From Caedimonas varicaedens (GTDB taxonomy: Bacteria; Pseudomonadota; Alphaproteobacteria; Caedimonadales; Caedimonadaceae): a stretch of 23,978 nucleotides of DNA. The stretch's first letter is position 1; the number at the start of each line of letters is the position of its first letter. A program made the translations under genes and the position numbers. Shown piece by piece: positions 1 through 8,310 of the stretch. Below the pieces are notes generated by a model. The model was not told the origin of the DNA, made no database searches, and saw only the letters and a list, made by a program, of their open reading frames with translations. Location of the stretch: the NCBI GenBank assembly GCA_001192655.1, contig BBVC01000008.1, positions 1 through 23,978 on the forward strand, written 5' to 3'.

Positions 1-4
1 TTAG

Positions 5-385
5 CTATATTACCCAATTGGTGGTCATAATGTGCACAACAAGCTCACGCCATGCGCCAAAGCCTGTTGAGCCAATTCCATATTGATAAATAAGCGGTAG
101 ATCAAAAAGGTTAGCTGTTGACAGAATATTTTCTGGCTGTTTCTCAAGATCAGTGAGAGGAAGTTTCTTAACAAAGATAGAATGATCACCCATCGTCAAC
201 AGAACCGACTCACCGCCGATACCAGAATGTCTCGGCTTCGCCGTCTCCAGAAGATCAGAAAGTTTCTGATTACTTAAACAAGCCAACTCAGTGGCCATAC
301 GACAATAAGTTTTAACGCGATTGTTTGATATGCTCATAGATTTGTCTTCTACGACATTTAAAAAGGTCCAAGTCATGTTTCTCAA
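5..385 (-). CDS. hypothetical protein, possibly a truncated protein-kinase-like N-lobe
   Basis: 126-aa ORF starting at TTG 385 (first ATG at 376) and ending at TAG 7..5. It has a glycine-rich HSGIGGES segment followed by IFVKK, resembling a kinase G-loop plus beta3 lysine. No HRD or DFG catalytic motifs are present before the stop, so it is either a short protein or a truncated gene. The fold assignment comes from motif pattern only. Confidence 0.4.
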   Translation of the reverse strand: MRNMTWTFLNVVEDKSMSISNNRVKTYCRMATELACLSNQKLSDLLETAKPRHSGIGGESVLLTMGDHSIFVKKLPLTDLEKQPENILSTANLFDLPLIYQYGIGSTGFGAWRELVVHIMTTNWVI

Positions 386-625
386 GCGCTATAAAATCTC
401 ACTTAAGAACGACATTTTCTTGTACACATATATATAAATGAAAAGCACTGCATTCACCACAGATTTATCCCATGACATTTAATTCAATAAGCGCAGCCCC
501 TCCTCCTCCGTTTTTTTTAAAGGTGGAAATTTTTTTAAATAACAAGAAATAAAGTTAAAGTTCACATTACAGTAATTTTAACTTCTACTCAAATGAAAGA
601 ACACCTCATGCCTCAGAAACGACCC

Positions 626-1683
626 TTATTTTCCCTTATCCATCATTGCACCCACAAAATGTTCACGTATAGGTGCTGTTGTTTTTTTACCAACATTTTC
701 ATAGTTTTCCTTAATCCATCGATCAGCAGCAAGTCTTCCTTTTTCAAACAAATGAGTTAAAAATTCCCATTCTGTATTCAACTTGCTTGACCAACCCAGT
801 TCCTGAAAAACAGACTCATCTTCAATGGCATGGATGTAAACGCGTTTATGTACCTTTTTATCCAGCTGACCACTATCGATAAGGTCTGAGATAAATGTAA
901 TAGCGCGCATTTCGCGCACAACAGAAGCATTATTGGTAATTTCGTTTAGACGATCACCAATTTCACGAGCTGTAGTTGGAAGCTTCTTACGCTCAGTAGG
1001 GTTGAGCTGCATCAAGATAATATCAGGTGTCTCGCAATTATAAATAAGAGGAAAAAACACAGGATTACCAATGAATCCCCCATCCCAATAATACTCTCCA
1101 TCAACGGTAACAGCGCTGTGAATGGTCGGTAAGCATGCTGTTGCTAACAGGCATTCGGGACGTAATTCATCAAGAGAAAAGATCCTTAAACGTCCTGTAA
1201 AAACATGCGTTGCACAAAGAAAAACTTTACACCCTTTAAACTTGCGCAATTTATCAAAATCAAAGGCTTTCGTAATAACGTCCTTTAAAGGATCAATTTG
1301 CATAGGATTAAGTTCATAGGGAGAAAAAAGTCGGCTCAACTGATCAAAGAGCATAAAACCAGGAGAATTATACATTGTATAATGACCCAACATTTTATCT
1401 ATGGGGCCTCGATTGTTAAGAGAACTGTGTTTTCCTGAATCGCTGATACTTTTCCAAAAATTTCTCAATTCTTCCCGCGCCTGCTGGTTGCCTCCTTTCA
1501 TTAAACCCTGAGCAACACAAACGGCATTCATGCCGCCCGCACTTGTCCCTGTAAGTCCTTCAATTTCAAAACGCCCATCTTCCAAAAGACGGTCGAGAAC
1601 TCCCCAACTAAACCCACCATGAGCACCCCCGCCCTGTATAGCAATGGCTACTTTTTTTTAGTTTTCGCTTTATCTTGAGACAT
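626..1683 (-). CDS. patatin-like phospholipase, frame interrupted at an A8 tract (frameshifted or recoding candidate)
   Basis: The 319-aa track ORF (626..1585) carries the GTSAG nucleophile elbow and the DGG catalytic Asp motif (YWDGGF). The oxyanion motif VAIAIQGGGAHGG is encoded in the same frame upstream (1651..1586) but has no start codon. The only well-placed start is ATG 1683..1681, preceded by AAGGAG with a 6-nt spacer. It lies in another frame and reads MSQDKAKTKKK then TAG (1650..1648). The two frames join at the A8 run 1659..1652. Confidence 0.85.
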
Positions 1684-1822
1684 CTTTGGCTCCTTGCGTC
1701 ATATATGATATATTCTCTAAAACTATAAACGAGTTTAAGTAAAATTTTTATTAACATTTATATATTTAGAATTTTTCCATATATAAAAAATGAAAAGTCA
1801 CCCTGGATAAGTCCAATGTTTT

Positions 1823-2893
1823 TTATTTACTGATTTTTTGCGCTTCTTTTTGGCGTCTGGCGCGTAAAGCCTGATGATGGCGTTTATGCTCTTCATAAGT
1901 TGAAGAAAAGATATGCCCTCCCGTCCCATCGATGACAAAATAAAGCATTTCCGTTTTCTCAGGGTGCAAGGCAGCATGAAGAGAAGAAAACCCAGGGCTG
2001 CAAATAGGCTCGGGTGGAAGACCGCTATGAAGATATGTATTAAAAGGCGTAGAAATATCAAGTTCCGCTCTGCTTAACGGCCGATTAAGAGGCAAACCAT
2101 ATGACCGATAAAGTCCATAAAGAACCGTAGGATCAGATTGAAGACGCATTCCTAACCGCAATCGATTATAAAAGAGCCCGGCTATACGAGCTCGTTCTTC
2201 TGGAATTCGTGTCTCTTTTTCTATAATCGCCGCAAGAATTAGGGCATCTTGAGCAGAAGAAAGAGGCACATTTGAATCACGCTCTTTCCAGAGTTTTTTT
2301 AAATGCTTTTGCTGCGCTTTAACCATGCGCATAACAAGTTCTTGCCGTTGGTCTCCATAGGAAAAATAATAGGTTTCAGGATAAAGTTCTCCTTCTTTCG
2401 GAACAAAATCTATTTCTCCTTCTAATCCCTCTGTCTGATTAAGAGCAGTAATAATTTCCCAGACTGTTCGTCCTTCAACCGCCGTAAATTTACGCACGAC
2501 TGTCTTGCCAGACACTAAAAGCATCAAAACGCTTTCTAAAGTACGATTTTTGGGAAAAATATATTCTCCTGCTTTGAGACGAGCATGCAGCTTTCTTAGA
2601 CGTGCATTCCAAACAAAAAGAAACGGATGATCAATAATTTTATGTTTTCCGAGCATGACTGAAATTTTATCAAGGGATGCTCCTTTGGGGATGACAATCG
2701 TATGTTCCTGTTGATCGCCTGTCAGGCTTTTATAACTTTGCTGAAAAAAAATGATCAGACCTGTCCCTGCAAAAAAAATCAATAAGAAAAAGCCAATAAG
2801 GAAATATTGAGTAATGGATGTATTTTTAAGCCAATTCACGGAAAGCAAGCGAGGCGTTCGTTCCCCCAAAACCAAAAGAATTGGAAAGAGCAA
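1823..2893 (-). CDS. mltG: endolytic murein transglycosylase MltG (YceG-like)
   Basis: Has an N-terminal TM helix (ITQYFLIGFFLLIFFAGTGLIIFF), a YceG-type core with AAIIEKETRIPEERARIAGLFYNRL and QSDPTVLYG, and the conserved position downstream of fabF. The start is uncertain. All candidates are non-ATG: TTG 2893 overlaps fabF by 68 nt, while GTG 2839 would give 338 aa and a 14-nt overlap. Confidence 0.85.
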   Translation of the reverse strand: MLFPILLVLGERTPRLLSVNWLKNTSITQYFLIGFFLLIFFAGTGLIIFFQQSYKSLTGDQQEHTIVIPKGASLDKISVMLGKHKIIDHPFLFVWNARLRKLHARLKAGEYIFPKNRTLESVLMLLVSGKTVVRKFTAVEGRTVWEIITALNQTEGLEGEIDFVPKEGELYPETYYFSYGDQRQELVMRMVKAQQKHLKKLWKERDSNVPLSSAQDALILAAIIEKETRIPEERARIAGLFYNRLRLGMRLQSDPTVLYGLYRSYGLPLNRPLSRAELDISTPFNTYLHSGLPPEPICSPGFSSLHAALHPEKTEMLYFVIDGTGGHIFSSTYEEHKRHHQALRARRQKEAQKISK

Positions 2894-4091
2894 TTTTTAC
2901 TTTTTTCTCTTTTGCTGTATGAGGAACTAAATCCATCTCGCGTGCGCTGTCAGAAGGATTATCCAAATTTAAAGTAGGGGGGATTATTTTATAACGAATA
3001 CTCAAAATCGCAAAAATCGCTTCTACACCACCAGCCGCACCCAAAAGATGCCCAATAGAAGACTTGGTAGAAGAGACAGAAATATCCCTTGCTCTAGCGC
3101 CCATTAAACGTTGAATAGCCATAAGCTCTAGTTCGTCTCCTGCTGGGGTCGAGGTGGCATGGGCATTGATATAATCGATTTGATCTGCGTTAATTTCCGC
3201 GCGATTAAGTGTATTTTGCATACAACGCAGTACACCGCTTCCATCGGGTGCTGGAGCAGCAATATGGTAAGCATCACCTGACAAGCCATATCCAATCACT
3301 TCAGCATAAATACGTGCGCCTCTCTTTTTTGCGTGCTCTAACTCTTCCAGGATAACGACGCCCGCCCCTTCTCCCATCACAAAACCATCTCGATCTCTAT
3401 CCCACGGACGAGAGGCTTTTTCAGGCGTTTCATTATATTCTGTGGAAAGAGCTTTCATAGAAGCAAATCCAGCAATACCAAGACGTGTCACGGCACTTTC
3501 AGCTCCCCCTGCAGCCATAACGTCCGCATCTCCTATTTGAATGAGCCGTGCCGCATCTCCAATGGCATGTGCTCCTGTCGAACATGCTGTTACGTTAGCG
3601 TGATTGGGACCTTTAAGACCAAATTTAATAGAAACATTCCCTGAAATCTCGTTAATCAAGGCAGAAGGAATAAAGAAAGGCGAAACCCGCTTGGGTCCCC
3701 CCTTTTCAAGGGCAATAGAAGCTTCATATATTTTTTGCAGACCGCCAATCCCTGAACCGATCATGACGCCGGCACGGAATTGATCTTCATCTGACTTGGC
3801 TTCCCAGCCTGAGTCCTGAAAGGCCTGACAGGCAGCAGCCACTCCATAAGCAATGAACGTATCTACTTTTCGCTGTTCCTTGGGGTCAAGCCAATCATCA
3901 GGATTATAACAACCCTGAGACGAATCCCCGACAGGAATCAACCCTGCGATTTTTGCAGGAAGATCAGAGACATCAAAACGCTCAATTTTTCTGACACCTG
4001 ATTTCCCCGCGATAAGGTTATCCCACGTAGTTTGAGTATTTCCACCCAAGGGTGTGACCAACCCCAATCCTGTAACGACAACCCGACGCAT
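2826..4091 (-). CDS. fabF: beta-ketoacyl-ACP synthase II
   Basis: 421 aa. KAS II catalytic triad contexts are present: TACSTGAHAIGDA (Cys), NAHATSTPAGD (His) and SSIGHLLGAAG (His). It sits in the position following acpP. Confidence 0.95.
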   Translation of the reverse strand: MRRVVVTGLGLVTPLGGNTQTTWDNLIAGKSGVRKIERFDVSDLPAKIAGLIPVGDSSQGCYNPDDWLDPKEQRKVDTFIAYGVAAACQAFQDSGWEAKSDEDQFRAGVMIGSGIGGLQKIYEASIALEKGGPKRVSPFFIPSALINEISGNVSIKFGLKGPNHANVTACSTGAHAIGDAARLIQIGDADVMAAGGAESAVTRLGIAGFASMKALSTEYNETPEKASRPWDRDRDGFVMGEGAGVVILEELEHAKKRGARIYAEVIGYGLSGDAYHIAAPAPDGSGVLRCMQNTLNRAEINADQIDYINAHATSTPAGDELELMAIQRLMGARARDISVSSTKSSIGHLLGAAGGVEAIFAILSIRYKIIPPTLNLDNPSDSAREMDLVPHTAKEKKVKIALSNSFGFGGTNASLAFRELA

Positions 4092-4113
4092 TAAGGAAAC
4101 TCCTGAAAAATCG

Positions 4114-4353
4114 TTACTCTTTTGAGTGAGCCGTGACGTAATCTACGGTATCTTTAACTGTACGAATTTTCTCAGCATCCGTATCAGGAATATCGATTCC
4201 GAATTCTTCTTCAAACGCCATAACCAACTCAACTGTATCAAGGCTATCAGCACCTAAATCATCAATAAAATTAGATTCAGGTGTCACTTTAGTTTCATCA
4301 ACATTAAGATGTTCAGCGATAATTTTTTGAACTCTTTCTAAAACGTTACTCAT
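4114..4353 (-). CDS. acpP: acyl carrier protein
   Basis: 79 aa, acidic, with the phosphopantetheine attachment motif [12 protein letters not shown]. It lies between fabG and fabF. Confidence 0.95.
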   Translation of the reverse strand: MSNVLERVQKIIAEHLNVDETKVTPESNFIDDLGADSLDTVELVMAFEEEFGIDIPDTDAEKIRTVKDTVDYVTAHSKE

Positions 4354-4459
4354 ATTAATTTTCCTTAAAGTTAAGGTGATTCAAAATACTTTACAGACAA
4401 TGGTGCCCAAAATATGAAACGCACTCTATCATAAACTTTTTCATTGAAAAAGTACGAAA

Positions 4460-5197
4460 TCAAATCATCGCCATACCACCATTGATATGAAGGGTTTGAC
4501 CCGTAATATAACTTGCTTCACCACTGGCAAGAAAAGCCACACCATAAGCTATCTCTTCCGGGGACCCTATACGCGACAAAGGTATTTTCTCGTTAATTTT
4601 CTGCGTTTGCTCTTCATTAAGTGCCTGGGTCATGGCTGATTCAATAAAACCGGGTGCAATGCAGTTAACTGTAATCGAGCGCGAAGCAATTTCCTGCGCA
4701 AGAGATTTTGTCATTCCTATAAGTCCTGCTTTGGACGCACAATAATTGACTTGACCTGGATTTCCCGTCACTCCCACAACAGAAGAAATATTAATGATGC
4801 GTCCATATCGTCTTTTCATCATTCCTTTTATAACAGAACGCATAAGAATAAAAGCTGATTTCAAATTAACACGCAAAACATCATCAAAATCTTCATCTTT
4901 CATGCGAAGCATCAGATTATCCCGTGTCATTCCTGCATTATTCACCAGAATATCTACTTGCCCCATCAACGCTTCTGCCTGGGGGACAAGTGCTTCAACC
5001 ACCATGGAATTATTTAAATTACAGACAGCAATATGACACCGCTCTTTCAGAGAATGAGCAAGACTTTCAAGAGTCTCCTGTCGCGTTCCTGATAAAGTGA
5101 CTTCAGCACCCTGCACATGGAGAACTCTTGCAATTGCGCTACCAATTCCTCCTGACGCCCCTGTAATAAGCGCTTTTTTGCCTTTCAATGAAAACAT
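4460..5197 (-). CDS. fabG: 3-oxoacyl-ACP reductase (SDR family)
   Basis: 245 aa with the Rossmann motif TGASGGIGSAIA, NNAG, and catalytic YCASKAG (YxxxK). It lies between fabD and acpP. Confidence 0.93.
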   Translation of the reverse strand: MFSLKGKKALITGASGGIGSAIARVLHVQGAEVTLSGTRQETLESLAHSLKERCHIAVCNLNNSMVVEALVPQAEALMGQVDILVNNAGMTRDNLMLRMKDEDFDDVLRVNLKSAFILMRSVIKGMMKRRYGRIINISSVVGVTGNPGQVNYCASKAGLIGMTKSLAQEIASRSITVNCIAPGFIESAMTQALNEEQTQKINEKIPLSRIGSPEEIAYGVAFLASGEASYITGQTLHINGGMAMI

Positions 5198-5205
5198 ATA
5201 TCCTC

Positions 5206-6144
5206 CTAAAATCGTTGAATAAATAAATCAATATCTGCAGGCGTATTAAGTGAAAAAGCCTCAAGCTCAGGAACAATACGCTTTGTCAGCCCTGTCAATA
5301 CTTTCCCTGCTCCTATCTCAACAATACTTGTTATCCCAAGTTCTTTAAGCTTCAGCACGGACTCCCGCCATCTGACACGTCCAGTAACCTGTTGAACAAG
5401 GAGTGCTTTCAAAACTCCAGGAACTGTCTCTGCTTCTGCTCTTACATTAGAAACAACAGGAACAAGGGGTTGATTGAAACTTTCCTTCGCCAACGCTTCT
5501 TCCATTGATTTTGCTGCGGGTTGCATAAGAGAACAATGGAAAGGTGCACTCACCGGCAAAGGGATAACTCTTTTAATTCCCGCTTCCCTTGCCAATTCTG
5601 TTGCCCGCATTATCGCTTCCTGATGCCCGCTGATCACGATTTGTCCTGGAGCATTGTCATTTGCAATTTCACAAACCTGCCCCTCAGCGGCTTTCAAAGC
5701 AATCTCCTCGGCTTGTACAAGATCGGCTCCTAATAAAGCTACCATCCCCCCCTGATCTGGAGAAACAGCCTGCTGCATTGCCTTGCCTCTCAATTTAAGA
5801 AGACGGGCAGTTTGGGAGAGAGTCAGCGCTTCTGCGCTGGCAAGCGCACTATACTCTCCCAAAGAATGGCCTGCCACATAGGTGACCTTTTTAAAAAGGT
5901 CAAGTTTAGCGTCATGCGTCAGAACACGCATAAGAGCCAAGCTGACTGCCATTAAAGCAGGCTGAGCATTTTCTGTTAACGTCAATGTTTCAAAAGGCCC
6001 TTGAAAAATAAGCTGCCCAAGTTTTTGCTTAAGTGTTTCATCTATTTCCTGAAAAACTTCACGTGCCACAGGAAAAGCTTCATAAATTTCCTGTCCCATC
6101 CCAACGGCTTGGGAACCTTGCCCCGGAAAAACAAATGCAAACAT
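5206..6144 (-). CDS. fabD: malonyl-CoA:ACP transacylase
   Basis: 312 aa with the N-terminal FVFPGQGSQ and the active-site GHSLGEYSAL. It is the first gene of the fab cluster. Confidence 0.93.
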   Translation of the reverse strand: MFAFVFPGQGSQAVGMGQEIYEAFPVAREVFQEIDETLKQKLGQLIFQGPFETLTLTENAQPALMAVSLALMRVLTHDAKLDLFKKVTYVAGHSLGEYSALASAEALTLSQTARLLKLRGKAMQQAVSPDQGGMVALLGADLVQAEEIALKAAEGQVCEIANDNAPGQIVISGHQEAIMRATELAREAGIKRVIPLPVSAPFHCSLMQPAAKSMEEALAKESFNQPLVPVVSNVRAEAETVPGVLKALLVQQVTGRVRWRESVLKLKELGITSIVEIGAGKVLTGLTKRIVPELEAFSLNTPADIDLFIQRF

Positions 6145-6306
6145 GGATTTCTTCCTTTCACTCTGGAGATAAATGACACTTATTTTTCATCTTCTGTCAA
6201 GCGTATATGATGATAAATAATGCTCCTCAAAAAACTTGACATATTTTGGCAAATAAGGTCAATTTTGTAACTATTACATTTTAACCATGATATAAAGGAA
6301 TTCATC

Positions 6307-7230
6307 ATGTACATGGAATGGGATCGTCTCAGGCATTTTTATTATGTGGCCAAAGAGAAAAGCATTACGCGAGCAGCCCAACACCTTCGTACGTTTCAGC
6401 CTTCTGTGACACGCAGCATCCAGCAACTGGAACATCAAGCCAATTCAAAGCTTTTTATCCGCAATCGCAAGGGATTGATTCTGACCCAACAGGGAGAAAT
6501 CCTTTTCAATCATGTGAAAAATATGATGACCGAACTTGAATTAGCAAAAAATCAAATGTCGGGTAAGTCTGAAGAGGTGAAAGGCACTTTGAAAATAACA
6601 ACAACATATTCATATGCCTCAACATTTTTGTCGCAACATCTATGTAATTTTTCAAAACTCTATCCTGATATTAAGCTTCATCTTATTTGTGATGATACAG
6701 ATCTTGATTTGGCACAAAGAGAAGCCGACGTTGCTTTTAGAACTTTTGACATACATGCTCCAGACTTAGAGCAAATTTTTCTTCATGAAAGGATATTGCA
6801 ACTCTTTGCAAGTGAAGAATACCTGAGAGAAATGGGAACACCAAAAGAAGCGAAAGATTTGGATGGGCATAGGTTGATTACTTTTGATCCACCTCATACT
6901 GCTTTAAGGGATGCCTTAAGCGCTCATTGGTTATTGAGTTTTTCCACGACTTGTGGGCATACAAGAGAAGCTTTTATGATCGTTAATTCTGTAGAATGTC
7001 TGGCGCAAATGGCAGAAGCAGGGATCGGCATCATCGCCTTATCAAATGACTCCTCTCTTATTAAAAAGCACAGACTCATAAGAGTTCTCCCAGAACTCAA
7101 TGGACCAAGCTCTAGGGTGCATTATGTTTTCCCAAAATCCATCAAAAACCTGAGAATGGTCAAATTATTGTGTGATTATTTGAAAGAAACACTTTCAGAT
7201 AATCACCCTCTACAACTTTCAGAAGGTTAA
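6307..7230 (+). CDS. LysR-family transcriptional regulator
   Basis: 307 aa with an N-terminal wHTH (LRHFYYVAKEKSITRAAQHLRTFQPSVTRSIQQLE) and a C-terminal substrate-binding-like domain. It is divergent from fabD. An alternative ATG lies 6 nt downstream. Confidence 0.85.
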   Translation: MYMEWDRLRHFYYVAKEKSITRAAQHLRTFQPSVTRSIQQLEHQANSKLFIRNRKGLILTQQGEILFNHVKNMMTELELAKNQMSGKSEEVKGTLKITTTYSYASTFLSQHLCNFSKLYPDIKLHLICDDTDLDLAQREADVAFRTFDIHAPDLEQIFLHERILQLFASEEYLREMGTPKEAKDLDGHRLITFDPPHTALRDALSAHWLLSFSTTCGHTREAFMIVNSVECLAQMAEAGIGIIALSNDSSLIKKHRLIRVLPELNGPSSRVHYVFPKSIKNLRMVKLLCDYLKETLSDNHPLQLSEG

Positions 7231-7566
7231 GAAATTTTTGCGACCGTTCGTTAAGGCCACTGCCAAGGACGTGTGGGGTGAAATCCAGCTTTAATAACAA
7301 TCATTTTTTACCTTCATAACTATTTGAAATACAACAACTTAACTATATGGCAAAAACAATCGGATGGCAAGAGGAAAGACAGGATCACCGGCGCATAAAT
7401 TACGTCTCTTTTTAGTTGTCTAAGTAAGATGATGGGAATCGAAGAGGAACCTAGATGGTCAGTACCACGGATGCAGAGAGAGAGTACACATGACACCCAT
7501 ATTTCTTAATTCCCTGATTTCACAGTCTCCCCCTATCCAGGATCAGGCGCCACCAACTTAAAAATC

Positions 7567-7589
7567 ATCAAGAAAAAGCTTGATTTTTT
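7567..7589 (+). terminator. weak AT-rich terminator-like hairpin
   Basis: ATCAAG (7567..7572) pairs with CTTGAT (7579..7584) around a 6-nt loop, followed by a T6 run (7584..7589). The 6-bp stem is weak. Confidence 0.2.
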
Positions 7590-7643
7590 CATGATAATAT
7601 TTTATCTCATAAACTGGCTTAATAATGATATTCTCTAAGATAA

Positions 7644-7673
7644 GAGGTGGGCTCAAGGCTCACCTTTTTGTTT
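7644..7673 (+). terminator. intrinsic-terminator-like hairpin in the rimP-nusA-infB leader (possible attenuator)
   Basis: GGTGGGC (7646..7652) pairs with GCTCACC (7658..7664), giving 7 bp including one G-T, around a TCAAG loop. TTTTTGTTT follows immediately (7665..7673). It ends 22 nt before the rimP ATG. Confidence 0.4.
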
Positions 7674-7695
7674 AAGAGGGACTAAAGATCGGCGC

Positions 7696-8160
7696 ATGAT
7701 ACTTGTAACGCGACTTGAAAAACTTCTTGCACCTGTTTTAGCTCACCGAGAGCTGGATTTGGTGCGCGTGCAACTTTCAGGTCAACATCGCCCTACCTTG
7801 CAAATTATGATTGACCGACTGGATGAAACAGCGGTAACCATAGAAGATTGTACAGGCGCAAGTCGAGAGATTTCAGCTCTTTTGGATGTTGAAGACCTGA
7901 TCGAAGGATCCTATAAACTGGAAGTGACTTCTCCGGGTCTTGATCGTCCACTGATAAAAATTCGCGATTTTCAGCGTTTTATTGGGCATGAAATTAAATT
8001 TCAAACCTGCGAAATGAAAGAAGGACGAAAAAAGTTTACAGGCATTCTCGAAAAAGCAGATGAAAAATCAATTCAGGTGCGTCTTAATGATAAAGAAGCA
8101 CAAAGTATAGAGGTGACGTATAGCGATATTCAACAAGCAAAATTGGTTCCCCAATTTTAG
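7696..8160 (+). CDS. rimP: ribosome maturation factor RimP
   Basis: 154 aa with the signature LEVTSPGLDRPL. It occupies the conserved position immediately upstream of nusA. Confidence 0.9.
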   Translation: MILVTRLEKLLAPVLAHRELDLVRVQLSGQHRPTLQIMIDRLDETAVTIEDCTGASREISALLDVEDLIEGSYKLEVTSPGLDRPLIKIRDFQRFIGHEIKFQTCEMKEGRKKFTGILEKADEKSIQVRLNDKEAQSIEVTYSDIQQAKLVPQF

Positions 8161-8188
8161 GAATTGAAAACGTGTGCGTTCAGATATT

Positions 8189-8310
8189 GTATACCCAAAG
8201 GATTTCAAGGGCTGGGTAGGCGGACGAATTCCGAAGTCCAACGACCCCGGATTTTGAAAGACGAAGGGTATTAAGTGAAAACTGATGAATAAATCGAGGT
8301 AAAGAAAAGC
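8189..8310. repeat. imperfect palindromic intergenic element, copy A (rimP-nusA spacer)
   Basis: An outer stem pairs ATACCC (8191..8196) with GGGTAT (8266..8271). An inner stem pairs TTTCAA (8203..8208) with TTGAAA (8254..8259). A central hairpin pairs GGAC (8222..8225) with GTCC (8236..8239). It shares TACCC(A/T)AAAG, AAAG(A/G)CGAAGGGTAT (14 of 15 nt) and a GTGAA..TGAT..AAATC..TAAAG.AAAG tail with copy B. Confidence 0.4.

Noticed and set aside
6236-6252. TTGACATATTTTGGCAA dyad in the fabD/LysR divergent region as a LysR box
   Set aside because: It reads TTG-N11-CAA, which puts the T and A 13 nt apart rather than the canonical T-N11-A. It doubles as a -35-like TTGACA, so it is too weak to call.
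7371-7378. GAGGAAAG, reminiscent of the RNase P RNA P4 5' strand (GAGGAAAGUCCGGGC)
   Set aside because: The match ends after 8 nt (GAGGAAAGACAGG). I found none of the other universally conserved RNase P segments in 7231..7695, so it is most likely chance.
7347-7415. 22-codon ORF MAKTIGWQEERQDHRRINYVSF, and a 26-codon ORF MMGIEEEPRWSVPRMQRESTHDTHIS starting near 7430
   Set aside because: Neither has a Shine-Dalgarno or a recognisable family, and ORFs this short are expected by chance in 465 nt.
7231-7695. A tRNA upstream of rimP, by analogy with metY in E. coli
   Set aside because: I scanned both strands for T-arm-like GGTTC(G/A)A..CC and acceptor pairing and found no candidate. No tRNA or rRNA is evident anywhere in the window.
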